DNA of 64,000 nt from Vermamoeba vermiformis. Taxonomy: Eukaryota. The notes under the pieces are model-generated. The model was not told the DNA's origin and ran no database searches. It saw nothing but the letters and a program-made list of their open reading frames with translations. The stretch spans positions 62,001-126,000 of the forward strand of contig JBEWZL010000008.1 in NCBI GenBank assembly GCA_045837725.1. The letters run 5' to 3'. A program made the position numbers and the translations under genes. Of this stretch, positions 40,378 to 50,705 are shown one piece after another (the stretch's first letter is position 1; each line of letters starts with the position of its first letter).

Positions 40378-42274
40378 TTATTTTCGTTGTTGATTTCGCT
40401 GCGCCTCTTGTTGCATCTGCATCTGTTGGAACTGCTGCATTTGCATCTGGTGCTGCATTTGCTGCATCTGATGATGCTGATACATCTCTGGAGGAATGCC
40501 TGGATTGCCCATCAGTGGAAAGCCAGGGAAGTTATCCAAGCTTTGCGGTTGTTTCATTGCTCCAGCCAGATGTGGTGCTAAATGTGGCGCAGGAGCCATG
40601 CCGCGCATATTCATCTGTTGTTGCACGTGTGGAGGCATCGGAGCAGCTCCGTACAAGTTCCAGAGCGGTTGCACATGCGGCTGTTCATTGGACTCGTCCT
40701 TGCCCGGTGTGGACTGCTCTTGCGACTAATTTGAGACCGCAATCAGCACTTGCCTAATTAGGAATAAGAATCTGTACTCACGTATTCGCGCGCAAATCGT
40801 TGTTGTTGCTGCGGCGAGGCCTGACCCATATTCGCCTGTTCGTGCTCGAGTTTGACAGCGCCCTGTCGTTCAGTGAACTGTGGTGGCATGCCCTGCGCGG
40901 GTTGACCAAAATAGGGCATGTAATTGCCCGGCAAGCCCTTGAGATCTTCAGGGCGCGGAGGTCGTGTGAAGGACTCGTAGCCGTGCAGCTGTTGCGGCTG
41001 TTGGAAGTGCGACGGGACCGGTCCAGAACTCGCGCCAGGTCCGAGTTGTGGCGAGGGGATGGTGCCTGCTTGCGACGAGGGACTGACAGCCTCGTGCCCT
41101 GGGGGACTCGGAGCCACTGAATGGCCGGGACTGGACTTGCCAGGACTCGTTTTGTAGCCGGACTTGCCGCGTGGGGCGTGGGGCGGTGATTTGGGCATGG
41201 GCGGGCTGTCACTCTCCGCGTGCCCCGGTTGAGATTGTGACCCTGGTTGATTGGTGTTGCTGCGCGAGGGACCGCTCAGTACAGTGGTCGTGGGACCTTG
41301 TTGGTACTGCGGATCTGTTTCCAAGCTCGGTGTGCTCAGACACGTTTGAATAAGATTCTTGCCCTAAATTGAGTCATATAATTAGTAAACTCCAGCGAAG
41401 TCAAGAATAATATTCAGCCCGAAAAGGAAGAGTTCGCGTTCTATTTTTAGATTTTAAAAATTGCTGCAATCTTAGTAACGAGTGCCATGACGCTCCGTAA
41501 TACATTGTAATCCGTCTAATTAAGCAGACAAGCATAATTTTACCGATGACGAGTGTACCAAATTTAAATTAATTTCAAGATCGGCAAAAATAGAACAGTC
41601 CACAACGCCGCTGGAGCACTGAATTTAAAAATTAAATTGACATACCTCCTCGCCTGTAATGATACTTTGTAGTTTAGGCGTAGCAAAGCTGTACACATGG
41701 CCTGTTTCGCTTGCTAATAATAACAGGGCTTGGGTACCAGTGAGAGTTGTCAGCTCATAGACCTATTTAAGTAAAACCGACCGATTAGAAATACACTGAA
41801 ATTGTTGAATTGACTTATTTCTACAATTCTCTTGTCCACCGTACCACATGTCGCAAATAAAATACCGAATTTTCAGTAAAACAATTCAGATTCTGAAGAA
41901 AAGTGCACTGCCATACTAACGTATCGATATGGTATCCAATGCAAAAATTAGGGGTCACTAGAACAAGTAATAATCGATTTAATTTGCTAAATCCCAAAAT
42001 CGTGAACTGAAAGATCACGAAATTGAAATCGTTATCTTGCCAAATATAATATCCATACCTTTTTCATCAGACCTGACTTCCTTTTACTAAAGGTAATTTG
42101 CCGTCTCGTTTTCTCTGGAATAAATTCGATTTTGATTTTGCGGCGACCTTTCGCTCTCAATCTGAGATCTTTTCCTTGCTGTTTCTCCTCGCCATCGCTG
42201 CTGCCCTCCTCAGAATCTCCTCCGTGCTGCTGATTGACCAATTTTGCGGTCTCGTCGTGGTGAGTAAACTCCAT
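40378..42274 (-). CDS. SRF/Mcm1-type MADS-box transcription factor with P/Q-rich activation region
   Basis: KGRRKIKIEFIPEKTRRQITFSKRKSGLMKK-VYELTTLTGTQALLLLASETGHVYSFATPKLQ. Confidence 0.93.
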
Positions 42275-42441
42275 TAAGGGAATTTAATTCAGATGAATTG
42301 TGCTGAAGCGGAGTTGTGCTGATTGGAACAAAACAAAATTCAATAACTGAGGTGTGGTGCTATTGCCTCAGGCCTTCGGAATAATAGCAACAGTAAATTT
42401 AGGTGTGTTTTGACCGCGTATTTTTTCTTATTTTGTTTTGG

Positions 42442-42456
42442 TTTCCTATTTAGGAA
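42442..42456. promoter_or_regulatory. CArG box upstream of the MADS-box gene
   Basis: tttCCTATTTAGGaa matches CC(A/T)6GG with Mcm1-like flanks, about 170 bp upstream of the ATG. Confidence 0.45.
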
Positions 42457-43097
42457 CTTTCAAACGAACCGCACCCGATTTCATCGGAGCTAGACATTAG
42501 CCATGATAGGGTATAGCCGCATTTAAAGCAAGCCTCCATGTACAACCTCAAATCGTTACAGAATTTTTCCGTTGGATGATTGACAAGCGTGGCAGCGATT
42601 CCAAGCCCACATGAAATAACTATATTAATCGCGTCCGCATTTCATAGCATCATTTGTATACCTATTGGTGGGCACTGGAGATGATTAATTAATCTTTGAT
42701 AAAATTTAAACTCCGATAAACATTCTTGCAAAGTCTCGAAGAAGAATAACGAGAACATGATCTTAGACAATCGATGAAGTGATAAGAGATGTTGATACGG
42801 TGAATCAACCGCTCAACGCCGATCTAGTCGTTAATTGCGGAGTCGCATCCACTCACAGATCTTCGTAAAATACGCACGCTGGACGATTCGTTACTAAGGA
42901 ACATTATGTAGTACGATTGCATCCAATTTCGATTTTGTCAATTCACCGTTCACTGAAGGATGAATTAAATCGGTGTTGCGCTAAATTTGGCTTAATAGAT
43001 CTGGCCACTCTTGTTCAGTCCAAACAGTGAACAAGTGCTTTGAACACAATAGGACCAACTCATTAGCTAGAGTGGCACTAACACCGCAGTAGCTCTA

Positions 43098-44540
43098 ATG
43101 CCACGTTCACCGCACAGACGCTCCCGATCCAGGTGCATATCGTGCTTTTGTTATTCATTTTATTTCGTAATAATTTCAGCGTAATATTTCCTATTAAAAG
43201 TATACTTTTAATGTCGAAATTAAATGGAACTAGCAGATGAATTGCATTGCCGAGTGATAACAGCAGGAGAATCGCGCCTTTTAATTGTACATATTTTGTA
43301 TAGCGTCTATTTAATTATTAAGGTGTTTGAATATTTAGCTCATACACGTTGAATTAAATCTAATTAATTTCGAAATTAATTATTTTTAACATTTTTTATC
43401 TACCAAGCAGGTAATCCAATACAAAAATACTCACTAACGACTCTAGAATACTAAATATCTAATTTATTTGTTGTATTTTACAGGTCACCAGCCAGAAAAA
43501 GATCGAGAGAACGAGACAACGAAAATGAAGACAGAAAGAAGCGAAGACGAATAGGCTCATCGAGAAGGTACTAGTAATACCTTAATATAATGATTATATA
43601 ACTAACAATACTTTCAGTCGCAGCAGGTCGTCATCAAGGTCAAGATCCAGATCTCGATCGCGAAGTCGCTACAACACTCCATCGAATGATAAAGAACTCG
43701 AAATCAGAAAAAAGTAACTATAAGTCCATCTTATCACTACCATACTTACTGTGCACCTAGACGACAACTCGAGATTGAACTGCGGCTGATGGAAGAAGAG
43801 ACCAAGCAGCGCATTGAACAGTCAGTGAAGAACAGAGTGGAAGAGATGTGCAGGTCTGAGTGGTTCATGGGCGAGGTATGCCAATAAATTTATGAGCACA
43901 ACGCTTGTAACTAAACTCAATACAGGTGAAGCGACTGATCGAGAAAGAAAAAGAAGAGATTAAAGCGATGGCAGTGAGTCAAATATCAACTCTACACACA
44001 CAGGTCATCGAACAAGTACGTAGAGATCAGGTCCGTCACTCTTCCTATCTAGAATAATTTCAAATTGCATCCAGTACGCGATTAATCTCATTTTGTTCTA
44101 CTACTGAGTTATTATCCTTTACACTCTATAACTGGCCTATTACATTATACTTCTATTGGAATAACTTAATATTCGTGCAGGAAATGCTCGTACAAGAGAA
44201 GATCCAAGAGAAGCTGCGGCTGGAGCAAGTGATCGAAGAGAATCAAAAGAAGATTGCGCAACAACAACAACAGCTCGCTGAACAGTTGGTGCAGCTTGAA
44301 CAAGCGCGCAAACAGGACGAGGAGCGCAAGAGACGCGAGGAGGAAGAAGCACGCAGGTACGTCATTGATATTAAAAAGACGGGTGATTATTATGCTAATA
44401 TAACTACCACTAGACGCGAGGACGAGAAGAGGTATTTGGATCTGAAGCGACAATTAGAAGAAGAGGAACAAAAGAAGACTATATTGAATAAGAACAATGC
44501 TAGGCCTAAACTCTCCTTCTCGTTGTTTAGTAATAATTAA
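43098..44540 (+). CDS. Arginine/glutamate-rich protein, ARGLU1-like (RS N-terminus plus coiled coil)
   Basis: MPRSPHRRSRS...RSRSRSRS, then ELRLMEEETKQRIEQSVKNRVEE, and C-terminal ILNKNNARPKLSFSL. Confidence 0.8.
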
Positions 44541-44794
44541 ATGTACAGTACTGATCATAATAGCGCTGGTCGTATCCTTGTTTGCGTCACTTTTTGAGAT
44601 CGAACATTCCAGAAGGCCGATCTGTTTGATCGGACTTAGAACTGTCGCTTCTCGTTAGATTAACGATCTAGACACCAAGTATGAGGGTAGACACGTGACC
44701 TGTCACTTATGTCATAGGTCCGATATCTACCAGAGCTTTGTTTCCTTATTTTTTTCTGTCACACTTCACCGACTAACACATCTCAATCATTATT

Positions 44795-46061
44795 ATGGCT
44801 CATTACGCTCTTGTTTACGGAGGCTGCGGCTCTTTGGGTTCTGAAGCTATTCGCCAATTCAAGGCTGCTGGCTTGAAAACTATCTCTGTTGACTTCGCCG
44901 TCTCCAAGGAAGCCGAACACTCGATTCAGATTCAAGGCAAATCTCTTGACGACGATGTTAAGAGCATCTTGGCTGAGATCGCCAAGCTCAACACTGGTTA
45001 GTATCAAATTATTAACACTTTTCGACCAATTTATCACAATATATTTCTGAAAAAAAAACTTCGATCGAAAATTACAAGCTTTATTAATCTTGACATTTAA
45101 TTCGAAACTTACCAATAATATTTAATATTAACTATCCTCAATAAAAAATATTCGTGATTATTAACGATGTAAACAGGTTTGGATGTGATCGTCTCAGTTG
45201 CCGGAGGCTGGGTTGGTGGTGACGTTAAGGACGATGGTGTCTTTGGCGCTCTTGACCGCATGTGGAAGTTCAACACTCAATCCAGCGTTGCTGCTGCTCA
45301 CATTGCTGCCAAGCACCTCAAGGAGGTTAGTTTACTTGATATTTATGTCACATCTGCTCGCGCTCGCAAGATGATTAATTACCATCTATTATTGCGTCCA
45401 TTACTTTGAATAATAGCAATGTATACCTAATTAAGGAAAGATATCTAATTTTTAAAATTTTTTTTATTATTTGACACGTAATTCGGTCTAAATTCTGACA
45501 ATTAGCCAAAATAACCCAATATTAACACCCACACTAGGGAGGCTTGTTGATCTTGACTGGTGCTGCCTCTGCCCTCGCCCCTACCCCCGCTAACATTGGC
45601 TACGGTCTCTCCAAGACTGCCGTGCACTATTTGATTGCTTCTCTTTCGCTCGAGAACTCCGGCTTGCCTAATAAGGCAAAGGTCTGCGGCATTGTTCCCA
45701 TCATGCTCGACACCGTCCCCAACAGAAATGCTATGCCCGACGCCGACTACTCCTCTTGGACTCCTTTGGCTCACGTCGCTCAAGTACGTACATTGACACT
45801 TTGACAGATGTCTTTGCAATCATTCTTGACACGTGTCACACAATTACCGTGCGTCAGTCATGCTTGCCTCGGCTCTTACCGTGTCTGAGAGTGCTATCCG
45901 AGGCTATTTTCGGAGTGTCCAATACTAACAGATATTTCCTTATTTAGAAATTAGTGTCCTGGGCTCAAGGTCAAGATGTTCCCGCTAGCGGCTCATTGGT
46001 TGAGTGCAAGACTACTGGTGGCAACACTGAGTGGCTCGTTGTCAAGCCCACTTGGATCTAA
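44795..46061 (+). CDS. QDPR: Dihydropteridine reductase (SDR family)
   Basis: LVYGGCGSLG, VAGGWVGG, LTGAASAL, GYGLSKTAVH and LDTVPNRNAMPDADYSSWTPL. Four exons. Confidence 0.93.
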
Positions 46062-46126
46062 GTGCCTTGTCGTAGTAATAATAATATATAACAATATAAA
46101 AGCCATTAAACATCTTCGCATTGAAT

Positions 46127-49100
46127 TTATTGCACTAACAATAAGAACAGTATTAACACGCTCAACCAGTCCGTGACTCGACGTGACACGTGTCCAACAG
46201 AGTTCTCTGGCTCGGGTGTCACTGTGACAGGCACGAGAACTTGTGGCGCGGTGACAGGTGTCAATTGCTGCTCTTCAAAGTATTGGAAAGTGATGCCCAA
46301 GTCGTACTTGACACCGTCAAATGTCATGGAGACTGGCACATTTCCTGATTTGGCCACGGCAGGCACTTGACACTTGATTTGATTGGCGAACAGCACTTGA
46401 CCGCTCGTTGTCACGTCACCGAAGTTGCACTGGATCTGACTGCAAAGTGTCAAGTGGCGAGTGACACGCGTTGATGGCAAGATCACGTGATACCCGCCAG
46501 TGCGCGGACCACAAGCTGGACTGAGCAAGGTCTCGAAGGGAGATACAGCGGAGATATTCATCGCACAGGCCGTGACTTGCATCTCATCGACCCACGCGTG
46601 CCACTTAGTGTCCCACGAACTCAATTGTTCCGCTCGTTCATTGCCAGTCAGCATCGAGTACTGCAAAGAATTGCGCGCTAACTTCTTGAGGCCTCGGAGT
46701 CCCAGTCCCCACGCCATATATGCCTCCCAGAAGTCATAGGACAGGCCGCGATACCTGAATATGCCTGGGTCATCTGCGCTCAACACCACTGACAGAAGTT
46801 AGTAACAACATCAATACAATTTCAGTACGCGTTATATTTGTACCTTGTAGGCCTGACTTCAAGTAGCCAATGGCTGGGTGAGTGCGCAGATCTTGAGAAT
46901 AGCCGAGCACTTGATTGCTGATTGGACACACTTCTAGCGCAATGTCTCGTTGTTTGATCTGTTGCTGAAAGTTAGCTCTGACTATGACGGTGTGATCTGT
47001 TTGAGCTTACTTTGTCGAGCAACACAGGATGTTTGAACAATGCAAAGCCGTGTCCAATGCGTCGTGTGTCCACGAGAACAGCATCGAACAGATTGGCGTC
47101 AGGACTGCTGTCACCAGGGCGTGACGAAGGATTGACATCACCGGGCCAAGCACTCTCACCGCTGTGATAGAACTTTGCAAATGTTGTGTTGGCAGCTGTC
47201 AAGTTAGCCAACAGACCATCGATCATGTCAATGTTGCGCAACAGACTGAAGCCTTTGTCTTCTTGCCCCAACAAGTCGTAGCCAACCACGAAGTTGGGAT
47301 AAATATTCGCAAACTTAGCCGTGTTCTGCAGTGCGGAAACGACAGCATTGCCACCACGCTGTGTGGGCCAGATCAGCTTGACACCAAAGAAGTTCTTGTG
47401 CGAGGCTTTGAAGTCTTCGATTAGTGACGTCAACAGCGCCAATTCACCAGCCTCGCCAAGGCGCACTTGCCGGCCATTGATGATTTCAAACACTTTGCCT
47501 GGCTCGTGTCTGTATTCAATGTACTGCACGTGCTCGTCTACACTGTCAGTCAGAATGCGATTGATGACATTGATGTAGAAGGGCTTGAAGCGGAACAATT
47601 GTTGCAGCTCGTTGAAACAGCGTTGAAATCTTCTCCAAATTTGGTGATCCTGATCTTCAGCGATGAGTGCTTGCTTCAGCGCCATTCTGTCAATCAGTTC
47701 TTCAGTTGTGTGCCCGTGATCACCGTGCAACAGCGATGAATAGACTGTGGGATCAGGGTTCTCAGGTGACACGTGGATGAGGTTGTAATCCTCTTCGAAC
47801 TCTTCGTCATCGAGGGCAATGCGCACCCAGAGCCAGTCTTTGTAGCTCGACTCCATGGCCATATTTAGCATCCAGCGAGCATCTGCAACACCCGAAATAT
47901 GAATGTGCAAGTGAGCGCCTACACATTGGTTCAAATTAGTCAAAGTGACATGTGTCAAGCAGAGTAAAGAAATACCTTTGGGCATGTCAGTGATGATTGG
48001 CAACAAAGGGCTGGCTTCAATTAATCGCCGAGTGCGCGGGTTCAAAAAGTACTGCGCAGGTGGATAGTACTCAAAATTGTTGCGGAACTCTTCGAGCTTG
48101 AGCAAGTACATGTACTGCGACACAATCTCTTCTTGCACAGTCAAGGTCTCATTGGCCGCAAAGTCCATGTCATTCTCAAGCATGAACCACTCGTGTCGCT
48201 GCCCATAGAAATTCGGATCACATTCGCTAATGATAGTTGTCTCGAATGGCGATTGCAAACGTGTCATTGGTCTAAATTACGTTAGCTTAGTAAAACACTA
48301 AACATCGTACTTACGGATCAATAGGCACGTTGACAGATCGATCAGCGAGTCTCAATGCATCAATGACATCACTGACCTCGCCATTGCCATTAACTCCTCC
48401 AGCGAACAGTACGTTGTTAGTCGTGGCTACGATTGACAGCTGACTGCGCGCGGTGCTCAAATTAACGACGGACCACGTGTCAGTCAGCGCGTTGTACACA
48501 TCAACAGCACTCGACGGAGAAGTGCCGTCAGTTCCTCCACCAAAGAACGCCATTGAACCCACCACCGTGCAGTCGAGGTCGTATCTTGGCGAGGACAAAC
48601 CTAGCGGAGCATTAAGTATGCAAAAACAGGCTTGAAGTCCGACTTACTGTTGATAGCAACTTGCTGCTGAAGCGCGAAGTCAAAAGCAAAAGTGTCTGCA
48701 ACAGCTGCTTCTTGACTACGACCGCCAGCTGCGATAAACAACGAGCCAACAGCACAAGCTGCGAAGTTGCTGCGCGGTACGTCGAGTGACATGTTGCTCC
48801 ATGTGCGCGTGACAGTGTCAAACACGTCGATGACAGCACTCTCTGCCCCTGCATCAACACCACCTGCAAACACAACGTATCGTTCTGCTACACTTGTGGC
48901 TGTCAGTGAGTGTCTAGCGCGGGACAGATGAGATACCACGTGCTGGCCTGACGAGGGCTGTAGCATGTCTACCGTATCTGTTGCTTGTCCTGCGTCGTTG
49001 AGTCCCCCTGCAAAGTACAGCCAGCCTTGAAGCGATGCTGCGGACAGGTGACTGCGCGGCTGTGAAAGTGACACTGACACTTCGCGCCATGACCGTCTGT

Positions 49101-49537
49101 TGACATCGTAAGATTCAATGGCAGCTGTTTTGGAAGTGGCAGTCTGACCGCCGGCCAAATAAACTTGATTCCCATCGACCGCTGCAGCCAGATGGACACG
49201 TGATTGGTTCAAATTTGTAACCGCATGTCGGAGCAACACGGTGTCAAAGATATCAACTTGATCCGACGGTTGTAGTCCGTTCAAAGAAGAATATCCTCCA
49301 GCAAATATTGCTACTGAGCCAATACTTTGGCTTGCCATGCCTCCGCGGGCTTGTTTTAAATTATAACTTGTCCATCTATTGAATTTTGTTATTTTCCAAC
49401 CGAGCTCGATTCAAAAAAGCTTACTTTGTCATAATATTGGCGTCTGCTATATTTTGTGAACAAACAAAGAGAAGCAGACATATTATTCCACTGTCAATGC
49501 TCCATCTGCCATTGTCGCCGCCTATTTTGAACTTCAT
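46127..49537 (-). CDS. Secreted or membrane-anchored Kelch-propeller + adenosine deaminase (ADA2/ADGF) + IPT/TIG protein
   Basis: Signal-like IICLLLFVCSQ and about 6-7 Kelch repeats. ADA motifs MPKG-AHLHIH, YIEYR, GYDLLGQED, YHSGES, RRIGHG, EVCPISN and SADDP. IPT-like SPACGPRTGG...CNFG...IKCQVP and a hydrophobic C-terminus. Confidence 0.88.
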
Positions 49538-49790
49538 TATTGAAGTATTGTAATTCGGTTGAATTAAGTGTCTAATGAAGCGAGTTCCATCGCAGCTGTT
49601 AGAAATGGAAAAGGAGCAGGTTTTTTCTATTGATTTTACCTCCGAAAAACTAACCACCACCGTTCATGGACCAGCACGTTATTGATTTATGTACTGATAG
49701 ATTTGCTTCGTTGAAAGAGTACATCGATCCAACCATTACTGTGGAAGACTTGCGGTCTTTTGCAAATCCAGAAGATTCGCTTGCTGAAAG

Positions 49791-50453
49791 CGCCGGCTGC
49801 CTCAAAAAGCAAAGTTATTAACGAGATTGCTTTATGCACAAAGATTACAACCCATACTTGATATTCCCAATCCGTTCCAGGATGTTGTGGATCAACAACC
49901 TTTCAAAAAGGATGAAGATCCTCTTTTACCTGTTGCAGGACGGATCAATTTGCAAGATAGAGTCATAAACTCTCACATCAAGAAGATTTTTGTCCGCTTA
50001 CCCGAGCACATTATTGACACGGAGGAGCTTGTTGTCAGATTGAACGGGAAGTCAGCTGAGGTCAGAGCGACCGTGAAAGTGCTTGATATGTCAAGGAATA
50101 ATTTAACAGATGATGACGGAGAAACTGTACTAGAACTTGCTAACTTGCTTCCGTATTGTCACGAGGTTGACATCTCTCTCAATCGCATCCAAGGTAGAAA
50201 AAGAGACTGGCTAATGAAACTTGTGAAAATGGAGCAAATCTCCCAAGTTAACATATGCCTCAATACAATTGCAACCGTAGAATGCAAGGAGTTCTTCCAG
50301 GAGTTGAAACATACTGACCTTCACCAAAAAGTTATTTGGATCCCCGAAAGATGGATAACCGCGAACAGCTGGCGAAAGCTCGTTGGCGATACTCAACTGG
50401 AAGATAAGATAGCACAAGTACATTTAACATACTACAAGTTAAAAAGGAACTAG
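49791..50453 (+). CDS. Hypothetical protein with 2-3 degenerate LRR-like units (5' end unresolved)
   Basis: Open frame of more than 200 aa containing VKVLDMSRNNL, EVDISLNRI and QVNICLNTI. It begins after a plausible acceptor (ctgaaag), so upstream exons are uncertain. Confidence 0.55.
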   Translation, partial: RRLPQKAKLLTRLLYAQRLQPILDIPNPFQDVVDQQPFKKDEDPLLPVAGRINLQDRVINSHIKKIFVRLPEHIIDTEELVVRLNGKSAEVRATVKVLDMSRNNLTDDDGETVLELANLLPYCHEVDISLNRIQGRKRDWLMKLVKMEQISQVNICLNTIATVECKEFFQELKHTDLHQKVIWIPERWITANSWRKLVGDTQLEDKIAQVHLTYYKLKRN

Positions 50454-50705
50454 CAAATTAGATTAAACATAATGCTCAGCTGTCATGAGGACATTTCAGC
50501 TGACAAGTTGCTGACACGAGAGCGTTCGACAAACAACAGTGCAATTTATATTTAATGTTTTGTTTTGTTTTATTTGGTACCTTTCGACAAAATTCACCAC
50601 GTCAATAAGGTGAGGCAGGGTAAAGTATGTATGTACATTACAAGGATCGTCAACACTCAAGCAAGGGTGTTCAGGGGTATTTTTTAGGGTAAAAGTTCTC
50701 CGCGC

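Noticed and set aside
42500-43080. Possible ncRNA or small gene in the SRF-ARGLU1 intergenic gap
   Set aside because: No convincing ORF, box motifs or stem structure could be supported by eye.
45860-45925. TPP riboswitch in the QDPR intron (CTGAGA seen)
   Set aside because: The other conserved elements (ATACC, ACCTGATC, TAATxCxxGCGxAGG) are missing.
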